A stretch of 64,000 nucleotides of DNA from Octopus vulgaris. Its lineage: Eukaryota. Below, piece by piece: positions 29,702 to 41,872 of this stretch; the stretch's first letter is position 1, and every line of letters begins with the position of its first letter. A model generated the notes under the pieces. It made no database searches and was not told the origin of the DNA. It saw nothing but the letters and a program-made list of their open reading frames with translations. A program made the translations under genes and the position numbers. The stretch covers positions 29,388,001 to 29,452,000 of the forward strand of contig OX597827.1 in NCBI GenBank assembly GCA_951406725.2, read 5' to 3'.

Positions 29702-30391
29702 TGTGTGTGTGTGCTATGTGTGTGTGTCGTGTGCGTGTGTGTGTGCGTGTGTGTGTATGTGCGTGTGTGTGTGTGTGTGCGTGTGTGTATGTATGCATGT
29801 ATACAGACACATACATATATGTATGTATAAATACGTTAACATTTACGCATACATATATATATATGTATATGTGTCTGTGTGTATGTGTGTATGTGTGTAT
29901 GTATGTTTGTATGCGTGTATGTATGTATGTATGTATGTATGTACGTATGTATGTATGTACGTATGTATGTATGTATTGCTCATTTCGTTTCTCCAACCTG
30001 ATTCACCGGTACATTCACCAAATTCAGTGACAATATCGGAACGAAATATGCCCGAAGGGACCTCTCTTGATCTGGAGCCTGTCCAAAATACAAAGGAAAA
30101 GATTTAACTAAACTTTAAACAGCAAAACGTTTTCCTTCTGTTGCAGTTCCCAGAATGTGTAGCTCTTGCAACAAGGTGAGCATCAAAGATTCAGTGACCT
30201 TGGTTCGCTCTCTAGGTAAAACAGCGTTGTATAGACATCTATCACCAGGTTCACATCTGAGGTTGTGCGTGTGCGCGTCAGAAAGGGAGAGAGGGGAGAG
30301 AGAGTGTGTAAATGTGTTTGTGCGTTTTTGTATTTATGCATGTATATATATGTATGTATGTATTTATGTATGCATAAATAGCTAGCTAGCG

Positions 30392-30487
<96 letters not shown>

Positions 30488-30773
30488 TGGCTCCTGAATA
30501 TATACATACACATAAAAAAAAAAATATATATATATATATATATTAGAAAAATTGAGGTAATCAGATCAGATGGTTCATATTTGTAGATATTTATTTATAT
30601 ATTACATTTTTTACATATATATCATATCATATCATTCGGATTTCGGATTAGCGCTTGCTCCCATTCTAGTGGGCTTTTCAAATCAAATCAGTTGTGGGGA
30701 GTTTGAACATTTTATAGTTTCGTAGTAGTGGGTGAGGAGGAAGTGAGACAGAGAAAAAATGTGTGTATGTGTA

Positions 30774-30849
<76 letters not shown>

Positions 30850-31061
30850 TTTATATCTGAGAGTGAAGAAGTGTTATTTCCGTTGGTCTGCTGGACCGCC
30901 TGTGGTTTTATAAGAACTTTGGCCGTCCATTTCGATGTCACTGAGTGTGTGTTGTGCGTAGGTTGGCCTGGCAAATGTCATTTGGGGTCACACTTTCTAT
31001 GATCATTCTGTGGAGGTGTGTGTGTGTGTGTCTCTGTGTGTCCGTGTGTGTTTTTGTGTGC

Positions 31062-31116
<55 letters not shown>

Positions 31117-31249
31117 TGTGTGTGTGTGTCTGTGTGTTTGGAGAAGGGGAGAGAGACAAAAAGAGAAAAGGGAAAATAAAAATAATAATAATAAAAATAA
31201 AAAAATTAAAAAATATAGAAATATAATATGCATATGGGGAGAATTCAGG

Positions 31250-31428
31250 AAAAAAAGCAAAAACGAAGACAGGTGGTGTAGAAAACAAACAGATGTATTT
31301 AATATAATGCTCGGGAAGTGAAGAAGTCTTTAACGTTTCGAGCCTACGCTCTTCCATAGAATGGAATACAGAAAGAAACAAGGAGAGAAATTAAGGAATG
31401 TGTAGTGGCTAGCGATCTATCATAGCGA
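31250..31428 (-). mobile_element. PLE pseudo-LTR remnant with degenerate hammerhead motif (31326-31362)
   Basis: Homologous to 60410-60590; minus strand CUAUGGA-A-GAGC-GUAG-GCUC-GAAACGUU. Confidence 0.6.
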
Positions 31429-31443
31429 TAGATAGATAGATAA

Positions 31444-31506
<63 letters not shown>

Positions 31507-31507
31507 T

Positions 31508-31546
<39 letters not shown>

Positions 31547-32301
31547 TGTTTCTTTATTAGCCACACAGGGCTGCACACAGACGGGACAGATTACAAAGTA
31601 GAGCTTTTCTTTTTTGGTAAACAAAAGGTGGGATAGGTTTTCGATCAAAAGGGATCGTAAAAAGGAAAGAAGATAAAAAAGAAAAAAGGGAAAGAAACAA
31701 AAGAAAAGAAAAAAGAAAGAAGAAAAAAGGGAAAAAAACGATCAATATGGATCGTAGACAGACAGACAGACAGTCAGATAGTCAGACAGACACACATGTA
31801 GGTAGGTAGGTAGGTAGGTAGGTAGGTAGATAGGTAGGTAGGTAGGTAGGTAGGTAGGTAGGTAGATATACGTGGATACACAATGCAATTTTGTATGTAT
31901 CTGTGCTCAACTGATTCTCTCTAAATTTGTGCTCAGATAGGTCTGCAGCCCATGAGTAACAGGTTCTTGCACGCGGAGTATCTGAAAAAATAGAATACTA
32001 TATTTCCATAGGCGGAAATAATCTGATTATAATTTCTTGATGTATGTCCCGAATACAGAGACGTTCGTGAAACAAATTCCTTCTCCATAGGACAAGACTT
32101 CACAAGGAAATAGTGAGAGACTATGTACAGGTATAAATAATGGAGGTGCTTTTTTTAAAAGAACCTTTACAGCAGCGCCGTCTGTGCTTTTATTTCTAAG
32201 AAACTGTAGAATATCAGCAATGATAATTCGTCTCCATTCGGACTCAAAGTTCTTTGAATATTCGTGAGAAGTACACACGTGTATACACACACACACACAC
32301 A

Positions 32302-32365
<64 letters not shown>

Positions 32366-32371
32366 TACAAA

Positions 32372-32409
<38 letters not shown>

Positions 32410-32410
<1 letters not shown>

Positions 32411-33660
32411 GAGGGGCGTTCAATAAGTAATGCCTCTGACCCACTTGCAGTTGTTTGAACTAGCTGAAATTTTGCATGTGCAATTATTTATATCTCTATA
32501 GAGTAAGTGACAAATTACAGCTCTGAACTAATTGTGGTTTCGATTTACAGGTGTTTGAACTGAGTCAAGTGTGAAATGGAGCATGTTGAGTGTCGAGCAG
32601 TGATCCGGTTTTTGTATTTGAAAGGACGCACACTACGGGAGACTTTTGATGAAATGAAAGTAACTTATGGTGATGATGCCCCATCATATGACCTTGTAAA
32701 ACACTGGCATCGTGAATTCAAACATGGTCGGAACTCTTTGGAAACAGCTCCCAGATCTGGTCGCCCCCTTCTGCCATTGATGAGGCATCTGTCTGTCAAG
32801 TTGAGGCTGCCATTTTGGAAGATCGACGCATAACTATTCGCCAAATAGCCCATGAGGTCAAGATTGGTACCGGGTCTGTGGAAACTAACATTCATGACCA
32901 TTTGCATATGCAAAAGGTGTCTGCCAGATGGATCCCCAGGTTGCTCACACCTTTCCAGAAGCAAGAACGCGCTGATTGCTCGAAGATGAATTTGGAGATG
33001 TGCCAAGAAGATGAGTCAAAATTTTTCAAAAGACTGATTACATAGGATAAAACCTGGGTCCATCACTATGATCCAGAGACCAAAGCCCAGTCAACGCAGT
33101 GGAAGCACCGTGACTCACCTCCTCCAAAGAAGGCAAGGGTGCAGCCCTCCGCTGGTAAGGTCATGCTTACAGTCTTCTGGGACCAGGACGGAGTAGTGAA
33201 GACAGATTTCCTGGCAAAGGGTGCCACAATCAGCAAAAAAACGGGTGCCACAAAAGGCAAGATCAGCAAAGGCATCCTCCTCCTGCAGGACAACGCTCCG
33301 ATCCACAACTCGCGTGTCGCCAGATCAGAAGCACAGGCGTGCGGCTATGAACTCATCCCCCATCCCCCGTACTCTCCTGACCTTGCACCCTCTGATTTTC
33401 ACCTCTTCCCAGCCATGAAGTTGTTTTTGAAAGGAAAGCGTTTCCCAGATGATGCAGCCTTGATTTCTGAAGTCACGTCGTGGTTGGAGGACCAAGCTGG
33501 GGTCTTCTACAAAAACGGTCTTCAGAGCTGCATCAAACGATGGGAGAAATGCGTAACTCTGGGTGGTTCCTATGTAGAAAAAAACTAATAACTGTTCCAA
33601 GTTTCGTTGCTCTACTGCAATGGGAAGTGGGTCAGGGGCATTACTTATTGAACGCCCCTC

Positions 33661-33661
<1 letters not shown>
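32410..33661 (+). mobile_element. Full-length mariner transposon (irritans-like TIR) inserted in (TA)n
   Basis: 37-bp TIRs CGAGGGGCGTTCAATAAGTAATGCC(T/C)CTGACCCACTT at 32410-32446 and 33625-33661 with one mismatch; TA on both sides; 1252 bp. Confidence 0.97.
32576..33588 (+). pseudogene. Mariner DD34D transposase pseudogene
   Basis: RSGRP, ARWIPRLL, T*DKTW, QDNAPIH..YSPDLAPSDF with 34 residues between the last two Asp; frameshift near 32770, TAG at ~33043, internal deletion near 33230. Confidence 0.95.
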
Positions 33662-33743
<82 letters not shown>

Positions 33744-33819
33744 TATATATTGGTAAAAACGGAAAGATAACAAAAGAAAGAAAGAGACCTCGATATTATG
33801 TAATTAGAGGAAATTTATC

Positions 33820-33984
33820 TATAAAATAATATGTTACAATTACTCAATAGTCAAGATAAAACTCTGAGTTTCAGATGCTGAAGTGGAAATCCACAACACC
33901 ATCTCTTCGGTTATCTGGCCATCTGAAAAAACGCTATGAAAAAACTCAGAGTTTTATCTTGACTATTGAGTAATTGTAACATAT

Positions 33985-33991
<7 letters not shown>
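33820..33991. mobile_element. PLE remnant with ~55-bp inverted repeat and hammerhead-like motif (33854-33916, minus)
   Basis: TAAAATAATATGTTACAATTACTCAATAGTCAAGATAAAACTCTGAGTTT is inverted at ~33942-33991; followed by short tandem copies of ATAACATATTATTTT. Confidence 0.65.
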
Positions 33992-34025
<34 letters not shown>

Positions 34026-34097
34026 CATATTATTTTATAACATATTATTTTATATATATATATAACATATTATTTTATATATATATATATAACATAT

Positions 34098-34144
<47 letters not shown>

Positions 34145-34176
34145 CATATATACACATACACACACATATACATTTA

Positions 34177-35775
34177 CTAGCATTATGACCCGTCGTTGCC
34201 GGGTCATAGTGCTAGTGCATGTATATATGTGTATATATATGTGTACATATTACATGTACATCTATATATATACATCTACACATAAAATACAAAATTCAAA
34301 GTTATATCTTGATATCGCTAGTGATAACAATACTCAAAATATATAACAGACTGGAATTATAGGCCCATCTCTTGCAATTTCGGTCAATTGTATCTTGTCT
34401 TCCCTCTTGTATAGAAGTGTGGCTACAATCCAGCCTACTTCTACTTCTGGGGGACATTTTTCATTTTTATCCGGGACGTCCTACCATCCCAGATATAAAG
34501 ATGAATATAAAATATTTCCACTTTGCAAGGTTCGAGACGAGTATTCCCTTGCACGCTCCGTTGACTCGAGCCTTGCTTCTATTGTGGCAAATTTACTGCC
34601 TCTGGTTAGATATCTTTCATAGTCGCGCCAAGACACTTTTCGATGGTGCTTTCCTCCAGGTGTTCAAATATTTTTTTCTGTACATTGTATACTTTATAGA
34701 CAATAATCTTTTCTTTAATTTAATTTTTTATTTCGTTTGGTGGTGTTATCCTAGATTCACCGTCTTTGTCGGTGATCAATCCGAAATAGGTTTATATTTC
34801 TTCCATTTTAATTTTAATGAGTTCGCACCCGCTGATGGCTGCAGCGAAATTCATTTTTGGACTTTCTTCTATTGAAGGCATTCTAACAAAAATGCTTCCG
34901 TGTAAACGGTGAAAATATTGTCAATTTCCCCAAACAGGGACCAATTTTGAAACAATAACCAAAGCTCCTTCTCCCAAAGGGGGAGGGTTACAGTTTACAA
35001 TTATTTAACAAATGCAACACAACAACGTTTCCCTTACGAGGAACCAACAAACGTGATAAACAGTAATAATAATAACAGTACTCAGTAGAAGCGCTGTTCG
35101 AGAAAACAGACGTTACATACAGCCAAACTTCCTATAGATACTTAATGCTAGCTAATTAGCAGATAATCTAATGTAAAAGCCGTGGTAATGGGTATTGCAC
35201 ACCTACGTTTGGACTATTCCATTTCTGCACGCTAATTTTATTTTTAAATTATTCCCATTCATGTGAAACCACTTATTCAAGTTCAAGTCATTGATGCAAT
35301 TTTATACCAATTTTTACTCGTGTTATGTTACGATTATATTATTCTTTAGTTTGATTTTAATTACTACTTACCACATATAATTCAATTGTTATTATTAACT
35401 CTAATTTTTATTGTTAAAGTGAAAGTATCTGACATAAAATAGAGAAATGTTTTTGGGCTCGCTCTAGGCAAGAAGTTGAACATTTTTTTGCCCATGAAAC
35501 TACATGGACCCTAAGTAAGGCATGTGTAAAATTAGAATGAAATTGGTTGTGTAGTTTTACAAGTTTTAGGGAATCGTAGTGGAGAGATATGATATTGCTG
35601 TGGGCTCGCGCTAGGTAAAAAGTTAAAATTTTTTTGCCGATGACACTTCTCGGACCCTAAGTAAGGCATGTGTAAAATTTGAATGAGGTTGGTTGTGTAG
35701 TTCTCAAGTTTTAGGGAAACACACAGACAGACAGACAGACAGACACACAGTCTCAGTTTCATATATATATATATA
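34177..35775 (-). mobile_element. Non-autonomous Helitron, family H1 copy 2
   Basis: Same 3' hairpin and CTAG as 25251; extra ~470-bp segment (34735-35205) and a duplicated subterminal unit (~35455-35720). Confidence 0.8.
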
Positions 35776-37010
35776 TATATAATATTATATTAAATTAGAG
35801 ATAATTTAATATAATATTTTACTATATAATTGGATTCAATCCTAAATCTGACTTTTCCCTGTAAGTTTGGATTTATTCCCTAATATTGTATTATATATAT
35901 ATATACATACTGTAAATGTGTGCTTTTGTGTGTTCCTGTATGTGTGAGCACGTGAATACATCTTTGTGTTTATATTTATGCCCATCTAAAACCAGTGTTA
36001 GGTTATGCCTCTTTATTAGAGGCCTAATTTAGCGGATTTTAGATGAGAAAAGTACGTACAAGGCTGACGTATGTCCTATGAATTAACTCGAGTGTATTTT
36101 GGGTGTTTTCAAATTATCTCCCTTTCTTCTCTATGCTCACTATGAATTGCCTCTAAGATTTCGTTTGCTGTTCCTCGCTTAGATTGAAATTTCGAAACAA
36201 TTAAGATTTTATTTGATGCGATATTCATTCGCAGCCCACGACACCTCCCCGTTAATTTAATCATCCCTGTTCGTGTCATCTGCTTCCTTTAGTCATTTCT
36301 CTTGGCCTTTTATAGCTTTCATAATCCTTGGCGAACGTTAAGCCTAATTGTTGTTGATGCCATACTCATTTATAAACATCGAAAATACGTGAAAGAATTC
36401 TTTCTTGGAACGTTGGATCTCGAAAGTTACGAAAGCATATAAATATCAGGCTGAGAATTATATTTGAATAGAACAGCTGTAATATTTACAGGAGATATGG
36501 GTTCGTGTGCCACAAGTACCCTCCGGTTTTTTCTATCCAGGGGTGTTTTTCATCCCAATATTTACATGAAGTTATTTAAACTATTGTGCGTGTGTGTGTG
36601 TGTATTTGTTTGTCCCCTTTATGTTTAGCCCCTTGTGGGTAATAACGAAATATATATGTGTGTGTGCGTGTGTGTGCTGCATGTGTGTGCATATATATAC
36701 ATATATAGAGAGAGAGGGAGGCAGACAGATAGACAGAGACACAGGGAGAGAGAAATAGAGATGTAACTTCTGATCTGACGCCAAGTTGAAATGTGTGCGC
36801 AGACAACGACTAACAGATTGAAACGTAAGACTGTCTTCCTTACAACGAATCAAGTATTTTTATCGACTCGAAACATTTATCCTGAATTTTTCAAAATTAT
36901 CTCCCCTCCTTCCTAAGAGTCACTCACAAATTCAAAAGAAAAGAATTCATTAAGTAGGGTATTCAACAGATCGCCCTTTCACGCATTACAATTACATACA
37001 TATGTATGTA

Positions 37011-37047
<37 letters not shown>

Positions 37048-37306
37048 CACAGTGATCCTTCATCAATTATCAAATATCATGGCAATTTCGACTCCTTATC
37101 AATAATTTAGATATCATGCAATGTTATAGTAAAAGCATTAAATTGAAGAATTATCGAATAACTTATGTGGAGTATGTATATATTATACGTTTACAAGAAT
37201 AGTGGCGACAGTGACATCGAAATTTCGCCTACTTGCCTTTTTAACTAACTCTCTCTATATATATATATGTGTGTGTGTATGTGTGTACACATACATATAC
37301 TTATAT

Positions 37307-37365
<59 letters not shown>

Positions 37366-37412
37366 TGTATGTATGTTTGTATGTATGTATGTATGCATAA
37401 ATTGAGGATATA

Positions 37413-39420
37413 TCTATAAAAGGCATGATGTGTGTGCGTGTGTGTGTGTGTACGTGATTGTAATATATGCACATCCACAAATTAGCACGCATGTCGCTCA
37501 AATTTTAGGAGGACATTGGTCAACATCCTATCTGGGCTTTGTCAACTTATTTTTTTGCCGAGGCACCCGTGGATAGCGTAAAAATCTATTTTCAGACATA
37601 GCTTTTAGCCATAAAAAATATCAGCCATTGCTTTTTTCACGGCGTCAAACAAAAAAAGAAATATGATAAAGAAAATTGGAAAAAGGAAGCCGAGAGTTTC
37701 ACGAGAAAGACAAAGTGAGAGAGGGAAAGGGAGCGTAAATGACGACGTTCATAAACAGCCTTAGCTTTTTTGACGGCGTCTAAGAAAAAAATAAGATAAA
37801 GAAAAGTGGAAGAAGGGCAGTGAGTTTCACGGGAAAGACAAAGTGAGAGAGGGAGAGAGAGAGACACAGAGAGAGAGAGAGAGAGAGTAAATGATGACAT
37901 TCATAAAAAATAAAATGTAAAACGTTTTGTTTTTTGTTTTTGAAAGACACTATATTTTATAATCAGAGTATATATACTTTCTCACACAACAGTTATAATA
38001 TACTGCGTTCCCTTTTGTTTGTTTGTGCGCATGTGTGGGGGTTAGTGTGTGTGTGTGTGTGCCTATACATGCACGCATTACGTATGTATGTGTGCGTGTG
38101 TTTGCATGTGTTTGTATGTTAGATATGTAAATAAACAGATCAATATACAGACGGATAGGTATATAGACTATATGAACAGACACATATGGAGACATGGATC
38201 CACACATATAACAATGCACATCCATACATACAAACATGGTACATAGTTACATAACACACACAGATATGCGCACACAAGGAGACAGAGGTGCATATATACA
38301 AACACATGCTCACACACACATACTTAGAAAATACACAAACACGGACAGGCAAGCACATAAATATGCAGGATACGTACATAAAGATGCGCACACATACATA
38401 CATATATACATATGCATACACATATATATATATATATACAAACATGCAAACACACACACACATACATACGTACATGCGTGTATGTATAGGCACACACACA
38501 CACACTGACCCACACACATGCGCACAAACAAGCAAAAGGGAACGCAGTGTAAATAACGGACAGAGTCAAAACTATTGAAAACACGCAAAGAAAATTTTTG
38601 GAAAATAAAAATAAGAAATAACTGGAAATTTTATCGGTGAGTGTGTTAAATAATAAGGCACAAAAAAAATGACTCTCTCCAGACACAACAGAATATGCTT
38701 CAACACACGAACTCATACAAAGGATCTTGCAAAGCAAATTGAAAAACGAATTACAATATATTCATTGTAAGTCATTTATTTATTTTAAATCGTTCATCTT
38801 TCTCCCCCCCTCTCTCTCTCACACACACATTACTTTGAATGCGAAATAATTTTGTTTTTATTTTACGCCGAGTAAAAAAGTGTTTTTTTGACAATCCATT
38901 TATTTAACAACAAAGAAACAAAGAGGTGAGTAACAATTTGTCAGTGAATTATACAATATAAATGGGTACAATTTGTGAGGCTTCCCCCACACCCCACTCC
39001 GTTTCACGGACCACAAAATGGGCTTTGAGACCAGAGTAGTTGATTCCACGCTAAAAAAAACGATTTTATTTTCTTAGTGAAAATCGTGCGAGTGTTAATC
39101 TACAAATTTAACAACATTTTTTCCATTCATGTCTGTTTATGAACATGTATGCGTGCACAAAACATCCAATAGGTGTACGTACGTACGTGTGTGTATGTGT
39201 GTTCGTGTCTGTTGCCCATATATATTTATATTATATTATATATATATAATATATATAATGTATATATAATATATATAATATATATATATATAATATAACT
39301 AATTTCAACGGATTTCGCCCAAATTTGACGTTTATATTACTTAGTTTGGTTTGAAATAAAGGACTTGATTAGCTTAATAATCGTAACTTAATCCCGGGCA
39401 AGGCCGGGTTATACTGCTAG
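37413..39420 (+). mobile_element. Non-autonomous Helitron, family H2 copy 1
   Basis: A|TCTATAAAAGGC start; ends CCCGGGCAAGGCCGGG-TTATACTG-CTAG|T; paralogous to 39573-40278. Confidence 0.8.
38001..38549. mobile_element. Tc1/mariner-type MITE inside Helitron H2 copy 1
   Basis: ~115-bp imperfect inverted arms beginning TACTGCGTTCCCTTTTG and ending CAAAAGGGAACGCAGTG; TA on both sides; absent from copy 2. Confidence 0.7.
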
Positions 39421-39572
39421 TAATCATTAGAATGATTATATCAGTGAGCAGCGTATAATAACCACCATATCGGTAAAATTAATATTTAAGAATTTAAGAG
39501 TGGTTCGTAGATATTTAACAGCTACTTCTTGTGTATTGGCGTTGCCCCAGAACCCTTAATTATAATTATTTG

Positions 39573-40278
39573 TATATATATATATAAGGCAAGATGTGTG
39601 TGTGTGTGTGCGTGTGTGTGTGTACGTGATTGTAGTTTATGCACATCCACAAATTAGCACCATGTCGCTCAAATTTTAGGACATTCGTCAACACCCTATC
39701 TGGTTTTGTCAACTTATTTTTTTCCCGAGGCAGCCGTGGATTGCGGTAAAGTTCTATTTTCAGACATAGCTTTTAGCCATAAAAAATATCAGCCATAGCT
39801 TTTTGACGGCGTCTAACAAAAACAAAATAAGATAAAGAAAATTGGAAGAGGGGCAGAGAGTTTCACGGGAAAGACAAAGTGAGAGAAGGAGAGAGAGAGA
39901 GAGAGAGTAAGTGACGATGTTCATAAAAATAAAATGTAAAATGTTTTGTTTTTTCTTAAACACGAGATATAGTGTTCAAATTCAGGATATTTTTGAAAGA
40001 CACTATATTTTATAATCAGAATATACATACTTTCTCACACAACAATCACAATATATTTATTTTAAATCATTTACTTATTTTAAATCGTTCATCTCCCCTC
40101 TCTCTCTCTCTCTCTCATACACATTACTTTGGGTGTGAAAGAGTTTTGCTTTTATTTTACGTCGAGTAAAAAAGTGTTTTGTTGAGAGTCGATAGTACTT
40201 AGTTTGGTTTGAAATAAAGAACTTGATTAGGTTAATAATCGTAACTTAATCCCAGGCAACGCCGGGTTATACTGCTAT
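39573..40278 (+). mobile_element. Non-autonomous Helitron, family H2 copy 2 (shorter)
   Basis: Colinear with 37413-39420; ends CCCAGGCAACGCCGGG-TTATACTGCTAT. Confidence 0.75.
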
Positions 40279-40459
40279 ATATATATATATCGATAGGTGA
40301 ATGAATTATCCTATGTTTACCGTCAACATGGAAAATTCGATGAACCGATACCAGGGTAGCAAATTCACGTCAGAAACACGGTTGAAGCGACCTATCCAAG
40401 GGTAGAAACTCCGGGTTCATGAGCAGAAATTTGTGTGTTATATATGAATAAATAAATAA

Positions 40460-41011
40460 ATGGAGTTGAACGAAGATGTTAACAAAACTATTGCTGATAG
40501 TATTATTAGTTGCATTTCCAATAATAATACTAATAATAATAGGAATAGTGTTGTTGGTGGGGGTAATAATAATAGTAACAACAATCATAGCAATAAAAAC
40601 AACCCCAACAGAATTAAATTTTTGTCTAATAATTCTAAGATTAAGAATTCTATTTACCAGTGTAAAATTTCTTCCGGTACCGATGTCTTCTTCTATATAG
40701 GTGCGTCCACTTCCCAGTTATCCAAGAGAATTTCAAACCATTATTCATCATTTAGGGATAGTAAAAAACAACATAGTACAGGGCTAAGTAAATTAGTTTG
40801 GCGTCTTAAAGATAATAATATAGATTTTAAGTTAGATTGGTTCATACTGTCTGTATCCTTTCTTTTTGATAAGGGCAGGAGATTTTGTAACATTTGCAAC
40901 TCTGAACTCGTCCATATTCTCTTCTCTAAGGATCCCCTTGTAAACACACTTATAAAGAAATCGTACAAATGTAAGCACTGGCAGGAATATACTTTTTACT
41001 CATATAAATGA
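40460..41011 (+). CDS. PLE GIY-YIG endonuclease domain ORF (transposon-derived)
   Basis: IYQC..FYIGAST..KRISNHYSSF..TGLSKLVWRLK..CNICNSE..LVN..CKH, the layout I recall for Naiad-type PLE endonucleases. Confidence 0.8.
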   Translation: MELNEDVNKTIADSIISCISNNNTNNNRNSVVGGGNNNSNNNHSNKNNPNRIKFLSNNSKIKNSIYQCKISSGTDVFFYIGASTSQLSKRISNHYSSFRDSKKQHSTGLSKLVWRLKDNNIDFKLDWFILSVSFLFDKGRRFCNICNSELVHILFSKDPLVNTLIKKSYKCKHWQEYTFYSYK

Positions 41012-41270
41012 TTTCGATAGTCATTATTATTTGAACAATTAGTTTAACATGCACTCCACTTCAATAGAGAAATTCTTTCCTAAGCCTTTGAACATTCTTC
41101 TAATCCCTCTCTATTTGTTCCCTACTTATTATTCCTTTAACCATTCTCTTCCTACTATCTAACTTTGACGTCAATTCTACTAATGGTTTTTTTAAACACT
41201 TATTATCGTTTTGTTTACCATGTAGGCAGTCATCGCAATTATTATTTTGTCTTGTTGTTGAGAGAGGCTC

Positions 41271-41363
41271 CCTTTCTTTCCTGATGAGAAGATTGCATCT
41301 TGCACCGTTTATTCCTTTGGAATAAAACCATGTTGTCTTCGAAACATATGTCGAGAGTAAAGG
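41271..41363 (+). ncRNA. Type I hammerhead ribozyme with canonical core
   Basis: Stem I CCUUUCUUUC / GAGAG-U-AAAGG; CUGAUGA 41281-41287; stem II GAAGA..UCUUC; GAAA 41341-41344; palindromic helix III ACAUAUGU; GUC triplet, predicted cut after C41352. Confidence 0.85.
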
Positions 41364-41404
41364 AATTTTGTTAACATTTTCGTTCAACTCCATTTATTTA
41401 TTTA

Positions 41405-41481
<77 letters not shown>

Positions 41482-41487
41482 TATATA

Positions 41488-41783
41488 TGGTTACGGTAGC
41501 GGACTCGCGGTTGGAGGATCGCGGTTTCGATTCCCAGACCAGGCGTTGTGCGTGTTTATTGGGCGAAAACACCTAAAAGATCCACGAGGCTCCGGTGGGG
41601 GGCGACCCCTGTTGTACTCTTTTGCCCCAAGTTTCTTTTACTCTTTCTTCTTGCTTCTTGAGTAACGCTGCGATGGACTGGCGTCCCGTCCAGCTGGGGG
41701 AAACACATACACCATAGAAACCGGGAAACCGGGCCCATGAGCCTGGCTAGGCTTGAAAAGGGCACATAAATAAATAAATAAAT
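41488..41783 (+). mobile_element. SINE with family A head and a different (Meta/V-domain-like) tail
   Basis: Head matches 2310-2460; tail GCTGCGATGGACTGGCGTCCCGTCCAG..GAAACCGGG; ends in (TAAA)n. Confidence 0.8.
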
Positions 41784-41794
41784 ATATACATATG

Positions 41795-41872
<78 letters not shown>

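Larger units (their letters stand above)
40440..41411 (+). mobile_element. 5'-truncated Penelope-like element (Naiad-like) with inverted terminal segment
   Basis: GIY-YIG ORF plus hammerhead; ~48-bp inverted repeat TATGAATAAATAAATAAATGGAGTTGAACGAA(G/A)ATGTTAACAAAA at both ends. Confidence 0.85.

Noticed and set aside
31872-31982. Possible minus-strand exon after a TTCTATTTTTTCAG acceptor
   Set aside because: Weak donor and no recognisable protein in any frame.
34372-34875. 167-aa plus-strand ORF
   Set aside because: Antisense shadow of the captured ORF1-like fragment on the minus strand.
40380-40422. Additional hammerhead-like string (TTGAAGCG..AGAAACTCCGGGTTC)
   Set aside because: Core and stem I too degenerate to call.
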